Shown piece by piece: positions 48,295-55,984 of a DNA stretch of 55,984 nucleotides. Each line of letters opens with the position of its first letter. The first letter of the stretch is position 1. A program made the translations under genes and the position numbers. The notes under the pieces were generated by a model that ran no database searches, was not told where the DNA came from, and saw only the letters and a program-made list of their open reading frames with translations. The stretch is from an uncultured Hyunsoonleella sp. (lineage in GTDB: Bacteria; Bacteroidota; Bacteroidia; Flavobacteriales; Flavobacteriaceae), in assembly GCA_964562415.1 (NCBI GenBank), contig CAZLTR010000001.1:4531-60514 (forward strand), read 5' to 3'.

Positions 48295-49637
48295 CACACA
48301 AACAAAGTGCCTACACTTTGCAAACAGACTTACTTTGGTTAGAAGCTGTTATAGAGGTGGCCTTGGCACTGTATTTTAAAACTGAAATTGAATACAATTC
48401 TATAAAAGAATTGCAACCGCCAGCAATTGCCCCCGAAGATACTTCGGGTTATGCCACTATTTTAAGGCAATTACAGCTAAGTTTTGAAGAGCGCCTTACA
48501 CTTATCATGGGCTTAGTAAAAGCCATTAAACCCCAAAGTTTAGATGTATTCCTTATAAAAAACAAGTCTTTAGATACTGTTTTTTCTGAATTTGGAGGTG
48601 TTAAAAATGACAAACAGCATGGCTTTACTCCTACCCTCGAAACTGTTTGCTTTTTATTAGGTGGAGCCGATGATATTGACATTCGACTTCATTTTATGAA
48701 AATAATTTATGAAACCAATAGTCTTTATAAAGAAGGCGTTTTAGAATCTGTAAAACAACCTGTTACCCTTCAAGACCCCATACAGATTTCAGATGAATAT
48801 TTAGGTGTGATCATCACCAATACCCCCTACACACCACAATACAGCTCTAAATTTCCTGCTAAGGCCATTAGCACAAAGCTTACATGGGAAGACCTGGTTC
48901 TCGAAACTAATGTAAAACACCAATTGGAAGAGGTTAAACAGTGGCTTAAACACAGCCATCTTATACTCAACCAATGGCACTTAGATAAAACCTTAAAACC
49001 AGGCTATCGGGTGTTGTTTTATGGGCCTCCAGGCACAGGAAAAACCTTAGCTGCTACTTTGTTAGGTCAAGCCATTTCGGCTCCTGTTTATAGAATTGAT
49101 TTGTCTATGGTGGTTTCCAAATACATTGGCGAAACCGAAAAAAATCTAGGGCATTTATTCGATACTGCTGCCGCTAAACATTGGATCCTCTTTTTTGATG
49201 AAGCAGATGCCTTATTTAGCAAACGTACCGATACCAATACCTCTAACGACAGACACGCCAACCAAGAAGTAGCTTATTTGCTTCAGCGTGTTGAAAGTTT
49301 TGATGGCCTTGTGATATTAGCAACCAATTTACAAACCAATATTGATGAAGCTTTTTTAAGGCGGTTTCAAAATACCATTAAATTTAGTAAACCCAAGTAC
49401 AAAGAGCGCAAACGCTTGTGGCAAAACTTGCTAAGTGCTAACTTTGAGCTTGAGAATGAGGCCGAAGTTATAGATACCATTGCCACGACTTACGAATTGT
49501 CTGGTGGAGAAATGATAAATGTGCTGCGTTATTGTGCCATTAAAGCCGCGCAGAGCGGTGCCAAAAAAATAACTTATGCCGCTATCATGACTGGTATTAA
49601 AAGAGAATACGAAAAATCGAATAAAACCTTTAATTAA
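48282..49637 (+). CDS. AAA+ ATPase (Afp15-like)
   Basis: GPPGTGKT, VVSKYIGETEKNL, LFFDEADALF, DRHANQEVAYLLQR; likely start MENLTHK at 48282. Confidence 0.93.
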   Translation: MENLTHKQSAYTLQTDLLWLEAVIEVALALYFKTEIEYNSIKELQPPAIAPEDTSGYATILRQLQLSFEERLTLIMGLVKAIKPQSLDVFLIKNKSLDTVFSEFGGVKNDKQHGFTPTLETVCFLLGGADDIDIRLHFMKIIYETNSLYKEGVLESVKQPVTLQDPIQISDEYLGVIITNTPYTPQYSSKFPAKAISTKLTWEDLVLETNVKHQLEEVKQWLKHSHLILNQWHLDKTLKPGYRVLFYGPPGTGKTLAATLLGQAISAPVYRIDLSMVVSKYIGETEKNLGHLFDTAAAKHWILFFDEADALFSKRTDTNTSNDRHANQEVAYLLQRVESFDGLVILATNLQTNIDEAFLRRFQNTIKFSKPKYKERKRLWQNLLSANFELENEAEVIDTIATTYELSGGEMINVLRYCAIKAAQSGAKKITYAAIMTGIKREYEKSNKTFN

Positions 49638-49647
49638 TAAATAAACT

Positions 49648-50037
49648 ATGGGAAATTTAGCCTGCAGTGGCGCATCTTTAAGCTGTTCGTTTGGAACCGC
49701 AACATCTACGCTCACCATATTACCAACAAACGAAGTTAACGCAGATAGCATGCCTGCGGCAACGGTAGAAGATTATATCCCTTTGGTGAATATCATGTCT
49801 TTTGGCGAATGCTCTTCTGAAACCAATCCAGAAGTTATTGCTGCTACGGCTGCTGCTAATGGCGTAGAAACCCCTGCCCCATGTGTTCCCGCAACAACAA
49901 CCCCTTGGTCGCCAGGCATTGCCGATGTTAAAATTGGCGGCTTTAATGCATTAGATAACAGCAGTACTTGCGCCTGTATGTGGGCTGGTGAAATTTCATT
50001 TTCCGATGCTGGAGAAGAAGATGTCACCTTAAGCTAG
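49648..50037 (+). CDS. DUF4280 PAAR-like spike tip protein
   Basis: GASLSCSFG, NIMSFGECSS..NPEV.AATAAA.GV.TPAPCVP..PW.PG, CMWAGEI. Confidence 0.88.
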   Translation: MGNLACSGASLSCSFGTATSTLTILPTNEVNADSMPAATVEDYIPLVNIMSFGECSSETNPEVIAATAAANGVETPAPCVPATTTPWSPGIADVKIGGFNALDNSSTCACMWAGEISFSDAGEEDVTLS

Positions 50038-50038
50038 T

Positions 50039-50296
50039 ATGCTCCTACTAACGATTATGAAAAAGATAATGCTTTACATAGAACAGCTTTTAGAACATCC
50101 GTTTCTCAATCTTATTGTTGCTATAGGTCTCATTGCTATAGGCATAGAAGAATTGTATAAAGAAGGGGTTTTGCAAGCATCACTGCATTGGAAACACGGC
50201 ATGAGTCTTTATGGCCTCTTGGTACTCATTCAATCTCTTGTAAAAATTGCCAAAGGCAGTGTAAAACTTTACAAAGGAAATTTAAGTAAACACTAA
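50039..50296 (+). CDS. Small 2-TM membrane protein, last gene of the eCIS operon
   Basis: 85 aa, two hydrophobic helices, basic C-tail; starts 1 nt after the DUF4280 stop. Confidence 0.65.
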   Translation: MLLLTIMKKIMLYIEQLLEHPFLNLIVAIGLIAIGIEELYKEGVLQASLHWKHGMSLYGLLVLIQSLVKIAKGSVKLYKGNLSKH

Positions 50297-50389
50297 GCAC
50301 ATGACACGTTGTTCAACATTCATGAAACGCCAAAAGCTATTTCTTCAAAAGAAAAAAGTTTTGTAATTTTCCAAATTGTATGCTGCTTT

Positions 50390-50560
50390 AACCCAGATTA
50401 TGCATTGGGACATCGTCATGAGGCTTTCAACTGCCATAAACACTACTGTTTTCTTAATTTTTGCCTAGTATCACTACGGTTAAATTAAAAAACATAGCCT
50501 AGCGCTAGTGTTTGCAGCAATTGAAAGCCGTAATAGATTTTATAATGACTAACCTGGGTT
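50390..50560. other. Long nested inverted-repeat element (structured RNA or decayed MITE)
   Basis: Nested pairs AACCCAG/CTGGGTT, GTCAT/ATGAC, GGCTTTCAA/TTGAAAGCC, AAACACTA/TAGTGTTT, TGTTTTcTTAATTT/AAATTAAAAAACA, TAGT/ACTA. Confidence 0.6.
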
Positions 50561-50608
50561 TAACCCTTGCACCAAACCTTATCTCTTTTTAATTAATACC
50601 ACTATCTC

Positions 50609-51103
50609 ATGCTATTACCAAAGAAAAAATTATGGCTTTTATTAATTGTAATTGGCACCATCGTTATGGGCTGCAAAACACAATTAGCTCCAGAATACGA
50701 TAGGGCTATTGTAAAAACCGTAACGACTGTAAGTGAACAGTCCATGCGTTTTTTCTCTAGTGTCTCCAAAGGCACAACCCCAGATACATATCCTGTACGC
50801 GAAGCCACTTACGACGTCTTAATTGGGACTTACGATGCGCTACGCATTAAAGCCAAAGCGCGTCCTATCCCCAAACATGTCGCTACCAAAAAAATAAATG
50901 CATTGTTAGGTTCTAGAGGGACTGCCCTTTCTGGTGATTATCCAAGTGCTTTTGCTTTTGAACAAATTTCTAAAACATTTCAAAAAATGAAGGAAAAAGA
51001 TAAAGCTTCGGGGATCAAACCTACGGCAATGGACGCCTTTAAAGGTCAGGTACAAATATTTCTAGACCAAGCACTAACCTACGAAAGCTTTTTAAAACGC
51101 TAA
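50609..51103 (+). CDS. Hypothetical lipoprotein
   Basis: Basic N-terminus, hydrophobic stretch, lipobox VMGC; helical body. Confidence 0.75.
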   Translation: MLLPKKKLWLLLIVIGTIVMGCKTQLAPEYDRAIVKTVTTVSEQSMRFFSSVSKGTTPDTYPVREATYDVLIGTYDALRIKAKARPIPKHVATKKINALLGSRGTALSGDYPSAFAFEQISKTFQKMKEKDKASGIKPTAMDAFKGQVQIFLDQALTYESFLKR

Positions 51104-51107
51104 TTAT

Positions 51108-51404
51108 ATGGAACTAAATTTAGTAAAAATCATCGATAGCATAAAAGATGTTGCTACCACTATCTTAGACAAAGACATTACCACGGTAAGAGGCTTTAGC
51201 GAACGGCAAATAGAAGCCATTGCCAAGCAAACTGTCATTATTAAAAAAGGCATTTTAAATGGAGATATCGACGAGGATTTAAAAGAGTTTTTCTTCGATG
51301 GTTTGGAAGCCATGGCCTTAAACTTTGTAAATACATTAAAAGGGATTTTAGCGGTAACCAAAAAATGTGGAATGCTATTACAGAGCAACTTTTACGCATT
51401 ATAG
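51108..51404 (+). CDS. Hypothetical helical protein; possible 3' frameshift at A6 (51360-51365)
   Basis: 4 nt after the lipoprotein stop; an alternative frame continues MWNAITEQLLRIIASAT* to 51418. Confidence 0.65.
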   Translation: MELNLVKIIDSIKDVATTILDKDITTVRGFSERQIEAIAKQTVIIKKGILNGDIDEDLKEFFFDGLEAMALNFVNTLKGILAVTKKCGMLLQSNFYAL

Positions 51405-51490
51405 CTTCTGCAACTTAATAATTACGCACAAAGCACAGATATAATACGGATTAAAACGCCACAACACTCGATTTAAAGAACAATATACTA

Positions 51491-52063
51491 TTAGTACACG
51501 GCTTTAAGCTTATAAGATGCTACAACCGAAGCATCCCATACTTGAGCTTCTATATACTTATCATATTTTAAATGTTCTTCCGTTTTAGATGTCTCATGCG
51601 AAGGCAGGCCATACGTTTGTACTAAAGCCTCCATTTCCTCTAATAAAAAAAGGCGTCCGTTACATGCTTTTCGATATATTTTAAGTTTAGGCTCATCGTG
51701 AAACTGATACGATACCATACTGTCTGGATACGTAAAACTAAGATGGTTTGGGTCGAATTCTGCCAATGGAATTTTAATCACCGCTGGTTTTAGATACCAT
51801 GATGTCACCCATTCACATGGACCTAAGGTGAAATAAAAAGGATCATCTCTGGTAGGCTTTCCGCCTTTCTCTAAAAACTGTGCCTTAAGACGCCGTTCTA
51901 ATGCAAATCTTAGATCGATATAAGTATCAGGCCTCTTACTATTCCAACCTGCAGTAATACTTTTTTGTATTTGCTTCGCCTTATCGAAACCTTCGGTTGT
52001 TATGTTTCGAAAAGGCCCGCTATCCTGCTCGTAATAGTGGTATAAATACTTGGGTAGTGGCAT
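51491..52063 (-). CDS. Hypothetical cytoplasmic protein
   Basis: 190-aa ORF; LYHYYE..GPFRN, PFYFTLG, SFTYPDSM, YIEAQVWD look like conserved motifs. Confidence 0.7.
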   Translation of the reverse strand: MPLPKYLYHYYEQDSGPFRNITTEGFDKAKQIQKSITAGWNSKRPDTYIDLRFALERRLKAQFLEKGGKPTRDDPFYFTLGPCEWVTSWYLKPAVIKIPLAEFDPNHLSFTYPDSMVSYQFHDEPKLKIYRKACNGRLFLLEEMEALVQTYGLPSHETSKTEEHLKYDKYIEAQVWDASVVASYKLKAVY

Positions 52064-52267
52064 TAAAAAGATAAATTAAAATTCTAAATCTAAGAGTTTT
52101 GTATTCAAGAATATTTTAGCATTAGGGCACACCTTACGCATCACTAAAGACCTAACTAATCTTGCTTAATTATAATTTTAATGTCTAATATAAGGCATTT
52201 TTAAACTCAAAACACGGCTTTCATGCATTTTAATGCAACTGTAGAAAATTAAGTGCAACGATTAAAT

Positions 52268-52996
52268 TCAAAAATAGATCTGTATTAATGAATCTATAAC
52301 ATTTTTTTTAGCAGATAAGTGTTTCAATCGTTCTAAGGTATAAGGTTTACCATTAAAATAAATATAATTCTTATCATGAACTAAAGCTTGTTTTTTTCCA
52401 TTTTGAGCTCTAATAAAACTGCTTTTAAATGATTTTGCATCTGCATTTTTAATTTTAATACCTTTCCAATACACACGTGTAACATCTTTAATATAAAGAC
52501 TGTCAATTATAACAATTTCGTTTTGTTTTAAACTTAATTCGTAAAATGGAGGGTAACCAATAGGATAATCTCGATAAACATATATCTTTTTATCATCTAA
52601 GAAGTATGTATCTGTACTTTTAAACGTTTTAAATGAATCTATATCAACTACATCTTTAATTAATTTAATGCCATCATCAAGAGTTCCTACTTCTTTGATA
52701 AAAGCAAAAGGTAATTTTTCGCATTCAGTCAATTCTCCTCCTAATGGGCTATCTAAAATGGTCTGTTTTCTTTTTAAATAAATATTTGAAAGCGAATCTT
52801 TGTAGAGTACATCTTTTACAACTTCAGCATATAAAGAAGCATCATTTTTACATTTTACTGTATGTTTTGCACTTTTTAAAGTATCCTTTTTTATAGAAGC
52901 TTCTGTACCAATCGTTTTTACTTTAGTTGTACAACTAACAAAAAAAAACAGCATTGATAAGGTATATATAATTATTGTTGCCTTTGTATTTTCCAT
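52268..52996 (-). CDS. DKNYY family lipoprotein (candidate immunity protein)
   Basis: Lipobox FVSC; repeats YFLDDKKIY, YIKDVTRVYWKG.KIKNADAKSFK, HDKNYIYFNG. Confidence 0.75.
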   Translation of the reverse strand: MENTKATIIIYTLSMLFFFVSCTTKVKTIGTEASIKKDTLKSAKHTVKCKNDASLYAEVVKDVLYKDSLSNIYLKRKQTILDSPLGGELTECEKLPFAFIKEVGTLDDGIKLIKDVVDIDSFKTFKSTDTYFLDDKKIYVYRDYPIGYPPFYELSLKQNEIVIIDSLYIKDVTRVYWKGIKIKNADAKSFKSSFIRAQNGKKQALVHDKNYIYFNGKPYTLERLKHLSAKKNVIDSLIQIYF

Positions 52997-53094
52997 AATA
53001 ATATATTTTTTGCATGGTGATTTTTACTTCTCCAAAATGCTTTTGAAAGCGTTATAAAAGTTTCATCTATTTCTTTAAGACCTTTGTACCTTAA
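52972..53094 (-). pseudogene. Orphan C-terminal remnant of a 54690..55937 paralog
   Basis: LRYKGLKEIDETFITLSKAFWRSKNHHAKNILLWKIQRQQ*; shares LWKIQR and the same overlap with a downstream MEN start. Confidence 0.65.
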
Positions 53095-53147
53095 TTAGAA
53101 ATTCATATTTAAAATTTCAATAATTGTACATGCTTATTAAAAAAACA

Positions 53148-53951
53148 CTAATCCAGTTGTACTTTTACAGAATGCAACATCCTTATATTTAAATGACTTA
53201 GATCTAATTTGAAATCACAAAAATTTTTATATCTTTTCAATAAACCATACATTTTAATGCCTCTATCTAGAGTTGTTCTATTTTCATAATTGGCATGAAT
53301 ACTATTTCTAAAATTAAAATTAATAGAGTCATTAACAGTAATTCCAAATCTTGTAATCTTATCAATATCCTTATCAGATTTAACAGTAACCTTTATGGAA
53401 TCAATTTTAGTGTTAGATCCCGAAATGTCTTTAAAATGTACATTTGTATCTGTAAAAGCAGGATAATCTAAATAGGTCTCTTCCATATTTATAAGAGAAA
53501 GAGAATTTTCATAGGTATATAAATGTGATAGTATATTTTTACCCATATGACGCCCTATGGTTTGCACAGTTAAATAGTTTATAGAATCCATTTTTTCATG
53601 ACCAATATTTAAAGATGTATAAACCTCTTTTAGGTCATTAATTTCAAATTTAGGGTTACTAATTTGACTGATAAAAGCAGTAGTATCTTTACTTATGTAT
53701 GCAGCCTCAATAATAAGCCCCTTTAACTTATAATCGTCATAATTTTTAAACGAGCGTTCGTCTAATTTAAATGTTACAGCTATAGAATCTATATATCGGT
53801 TTTTGTGATAAGAAAATTTAATATCGCTTTTTAAACTAGCATTAGCCTCAAAATAATCGGTACGTTCCTTAGCTTCTTTACGATTCTTGGATGAGCAACT
53901 ACTTAAAATGAATACTAGTAATGCTAAATGTATTAATTGGTATTTCTTCAT
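53148..53951 (-). CDS. Hypothetical lipoprotein (candidate immunity protein)
   Basis: MKK...LSSC lipobox; very AT-rich; lies between the DKNYY genes. Confidence 0.7.
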   Translation of the reverse strand: MKKYQLIHLALLVFILSSCSSKNRKEAKERTDYFEANASLKSDIKFSYHKNRYIDSIAVTFKLDERSFKNYDDYKLKGLIIEAAYISKDTTAFISQISNPKFEINDLKEVYTSLNIGHEKMDSINYLTVQTIGRHMGKNILSHLYTYENSLSLINMEETYLDYPAFTDTNVHFKDISGSNTKIDSIKVTVKSDKDIDKITRFGITVNDSINFNFRNSIHANYENRTTLDRGIKMYGLLKRYKNFCDFKLDLSHLNIRMLHSVKVQLD

Positions 53952-54058
53952 TTTAATCCATTGTTTGTATTGCCTGCCGTACTGTTACTAGTCAATACAT
54001 ATTCACCATTAAACTCTATTACAATAAACGTTTTAGGCGGTTCATGACTAAATAAGCA
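53948..54058 (-). pseudogene. Possible orphan C-terminal fragment coupled by ATGA overlap to 53148..53951
   Basis: Start-less frame CLFSHEPPKTFIVIEFNGEYVLTSNSTAGNTNNGLK* whose TGA overlaps the next ATG. Confidence 0.35.
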
Positions 54059-54093
54059 TTAATCCAAATTCATTTTAGATTTTTAACTTTTAG

Positions 54094-54711
54094 TTATTCA
54101 GGAAAATACTTTTTTAAGATAGAATCATTTATGAAAAAAAGATTCTCGGCTTGAGATTTATTCAAAACTGAAAGTCCACTATAAATAGTTGTACCATCAT
54201 AACCTAAAGTAGCATCCCATTCAGAATCTGTTCTTAAGGCATTAAATGTTTTAAATTCTTCTGAATTTACATTTTTAAGCTTCTCTCCTCTCCAATAAAT
54301 ACTGCTTTTTAGCTTTAAATAGCCCCCTCCAATTAATTTAAATTCATTTTTATTTCCAACTCTCTCAAGAATAGACTTTTCATTTGACAGATATGACAAA
54401 ACATACACATAATTATTGTCGATAAAATAATTATCGATAGGGTTAGAAAGATAATACTCATTTTTAACACCTTCTTTATATGCAAGTGAGGTATTTAAAT
54501 TTTGGAAAGATTTTTTATCTATAATTTTATGCGACGAAACTATTTTTCCATCGATATCTTTAACCTTCTCTACTGCTATAGTATCAATTAATATTTGATT
54601 TTTTGCATTTGTATGATGCTCTGTTTCTCCTTCATATTTTACCCCAAAACAAATTACTAATAAGACTAAACTCAAAGTTAAAACTATTGCTATTTTCTTT
54701 GAATTTTCCAT
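54094..54711 (-). CDS. DKNYY family exported protein (candidate cognate immunity protein)
   Basis: Start MENSKKIAIV at 54711 overlaps the upstream gene end; YFIDNNYVY, IYWRGEKLKNVNSEEFK; paralog of 52268..52996. Confidence 0.72.
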   Translation of the reverse strand: MENSKKIAIVLTLSLVLLVICFGVKYEGETEHHTNAKNQILIDTIAVEKVKDIDGKIVSSHKIIDKKSFQNLNTSLAYKEGVKNEYYLSNPIDNYFIDNNYVYVLSYLSNEKSILERVGNKNEFKLIGGGYLKLKSSIYWRGEKLKNVNSEEFKTFNALRTDSEWDATLGYDGTTIYSGLSVLNKSQAENLFFINDSILKKYFPE

Positions 54712-55937
54712 AAAAACGTATTTGTTCCATCCCATTTTAAATGCTTATCATTATTGTTTAAAGTATGAGATGTATATCTATTTAAACAAGTATTGGCAAA
54801 AGTCCATTTACTTTGCCTCAAAATACCATCTGCAACAGTATTTAAGTTTCCTCTAGAAGAAGTAATACCATGCTGATCATAAATAGTATATTTTGAGGAT
54901 TTCTTATCTGTGTATTCTATAACCAGTAATAATGTGTGAAAACCTTCGGTAACCGTTAAATAAAAAACATGAAACCCCTTACGTTCGCCAACAATATTTA
55001 TAATATTATCATTGAGTTCTTTTTCTGCTCCTGGTTTAAAACTTAAAATCGAGGTTATTGCGGATTTATAGGTAAGCTTATCTTTTATTGTTTTCCTTAC
55101 ACCATGATTAATTTTATATTTATTAAATGAAATTTTATTCTTAACAAAACCTAATGAATGAAATTTTTCACCTCTATCAATGGCATTTAGTCCTGAAAAA
55201 CCTATCGAATTTTTATGTTTATGATTAACCCTGTCAACGCTGTAGAAATTACTGTTATCCAATAACAATTCTGACAATCCCCTTTCTGCTGCTTGCATAC
55301 AGTAGTTTTCATCATATTCAGGGTGAGTTGCTGCATCTGCAAATGGTATAAGAAATTCGTTTTCATCAATTAATCTTGTAATCTCTTTTAAACTAAAAAC
55401 ATCTCTATCATATACATAAAAAACAATCTGCACCCGCCCACAAAACACATTTTCATATTCGCCTTTATTAAAATCGTCTTCGTTATCATTGGCAAAAAAA
55501 TCAATATAAAATGTTTTGGTTTCTTTACTATCAATATCTAAAGTAAGTTGGAAGGTGTCCCCATATTTTTGCTTTAGTTTGGTAGCACTAGTAATTCGTA
55601 TCCCAGGGTCTGTAATCGATAATTTAGGTTCTATATAACCATCGCCATCCCAAGTTTCTGTACTGCCTTTGGTTACTTTAAATTCAAGTTCTAATGTGGT
55701 TTTATCGGTAGTGAGCTCTTGTAAGATATAGCTGCGCTTATCGGCATCCAAATGCTTAGACAAGGTCACCTGCGTTTCGGTAGGAGCTAATTCATCCCCC
55801 TTAATCTCAAAGGTATTGTTTTGTACGTCCTTTACCTTTTCGGGTACAATTTCGACCAGAGGTAAAAACTCGTCTACCTCTAAAGGTGGAAATGTAAAGG
55901 TTCTGTTCGTTTTCCCTTTTACTGTAATTATAGGCAT
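54690..55937 (-). CDS. Candidate polymorphic effector with C-terminal Cys-His-Asp (papain/amidase-like) domain
   Basis: No signal peptide; NYCMQAAERG ... GFHTLLLV ... IYDQHG; visibly more AT-rich 3' half; followed by immunity-like genes. Confidence 0.55.
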   Translation of the reverse strand: MPIITVKGKTNRTFTFPPLEVDEFLPLVEIVPEKVKDVQNNTFEIKGDELAPTETQVTLSKHLDADKRSYILQELTTDKTTLELEFKVTKGSTETWDGDGYIEPKLSITDPGIRITSATKLKQKYGDTFQLTLDIDSKETKTFYIDFFANDNEDDFNKGEYENVFCGRVQIVFYVYDRDVFSLKEITRLIDENEFLIPFADAATHPEYDENYCMQAAERGLSELLLDNSNFYSVDRVNHKHKNSIGFSGLNAIDRGEKFHSLGFVKNKISFNKYKINHGVRKTIKDKLTYKSAITSILSFKPGAEKELNDNIINIVGERKGFHVFYLTVTEGFHTLLLVIEYTDKKSSKYTIYDQHGITSSRGNLNTVADGILRQSKWTFANTCLNRYTSHTLNNNDKHLKWDGTNTFLWKIQRK

Positions 55938-55984
55938 ATTAGTATTTTTTTAAGGTTTTTAAAGGGATACGCATGGTATCTGCT

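Noticed and set aside
29734-50037. Prophage or canonical T6SS
   Set aside because: No capsid, portal, terminase or integrase; no TssB/C pair, ClpV or membrane complex. Afp14/15/16-like genes indicate an eCIS.
1-55984. CRISPR array, tRNA/rRNA or IS transposase
   Set aside because: No regularly spaced repeat-spacer units, RNA-gene signatures or transposase motifs were seen by eye.

Overview
AT-rich window that looks like Bacteroidota (Flavobacteriaceae-like): TAnnTTTG -7 promoter elements, DUF4374/TonB genes and a 2TM-LytS/LytTR module. Five blocks: (1) 1-5.0 kb, the tail of a paralogous membrane-protein array (three copies of a conserved '...PKPLY...TPE.T..Q..ER.RIGGW' C-terminus) plus accessory genes; (2) 5.1-6.9 kb, a HipB-like/HipA toxin-antitoxin pair with four putative 24-bp operators; (3) 6.9-27.4 kb, an iron regulon with a TonB receptor/DUF4374/PepSY uptake operon, an AraC regulator, an intervening LytTR two-component module and a hydroxamate (desferrioxamine/bisucaberin-type) NIS siderophore operon that unexpectedly ends in a membrane acyltransferase and an RpfF-like DSF synthase; both iron operons share a Fur-like box and a 28-bp direct-repeat motif; (4) 27.7-50.3 kb, an apparently complete Afp/PVC-type extracellular contractile injection system (eCIS), led by a membrane-anchored GH18 hydrolase, flanked by small 2-TM proteins and carrying a strikingly acidic spike/PAAR-like tip; (5) 50.4-56 kb, a long structured intergenic element, a lipoprotein pair and a candidate polymorphic toxin (Cys-His-Asp) with DKNYY/lipoprotein immunity genes and orphan toxin C-terminal remnants. 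Three genes appear frameshifted at poly-A tracts. All family assignments come from motif recognition by eye; no database search was run.
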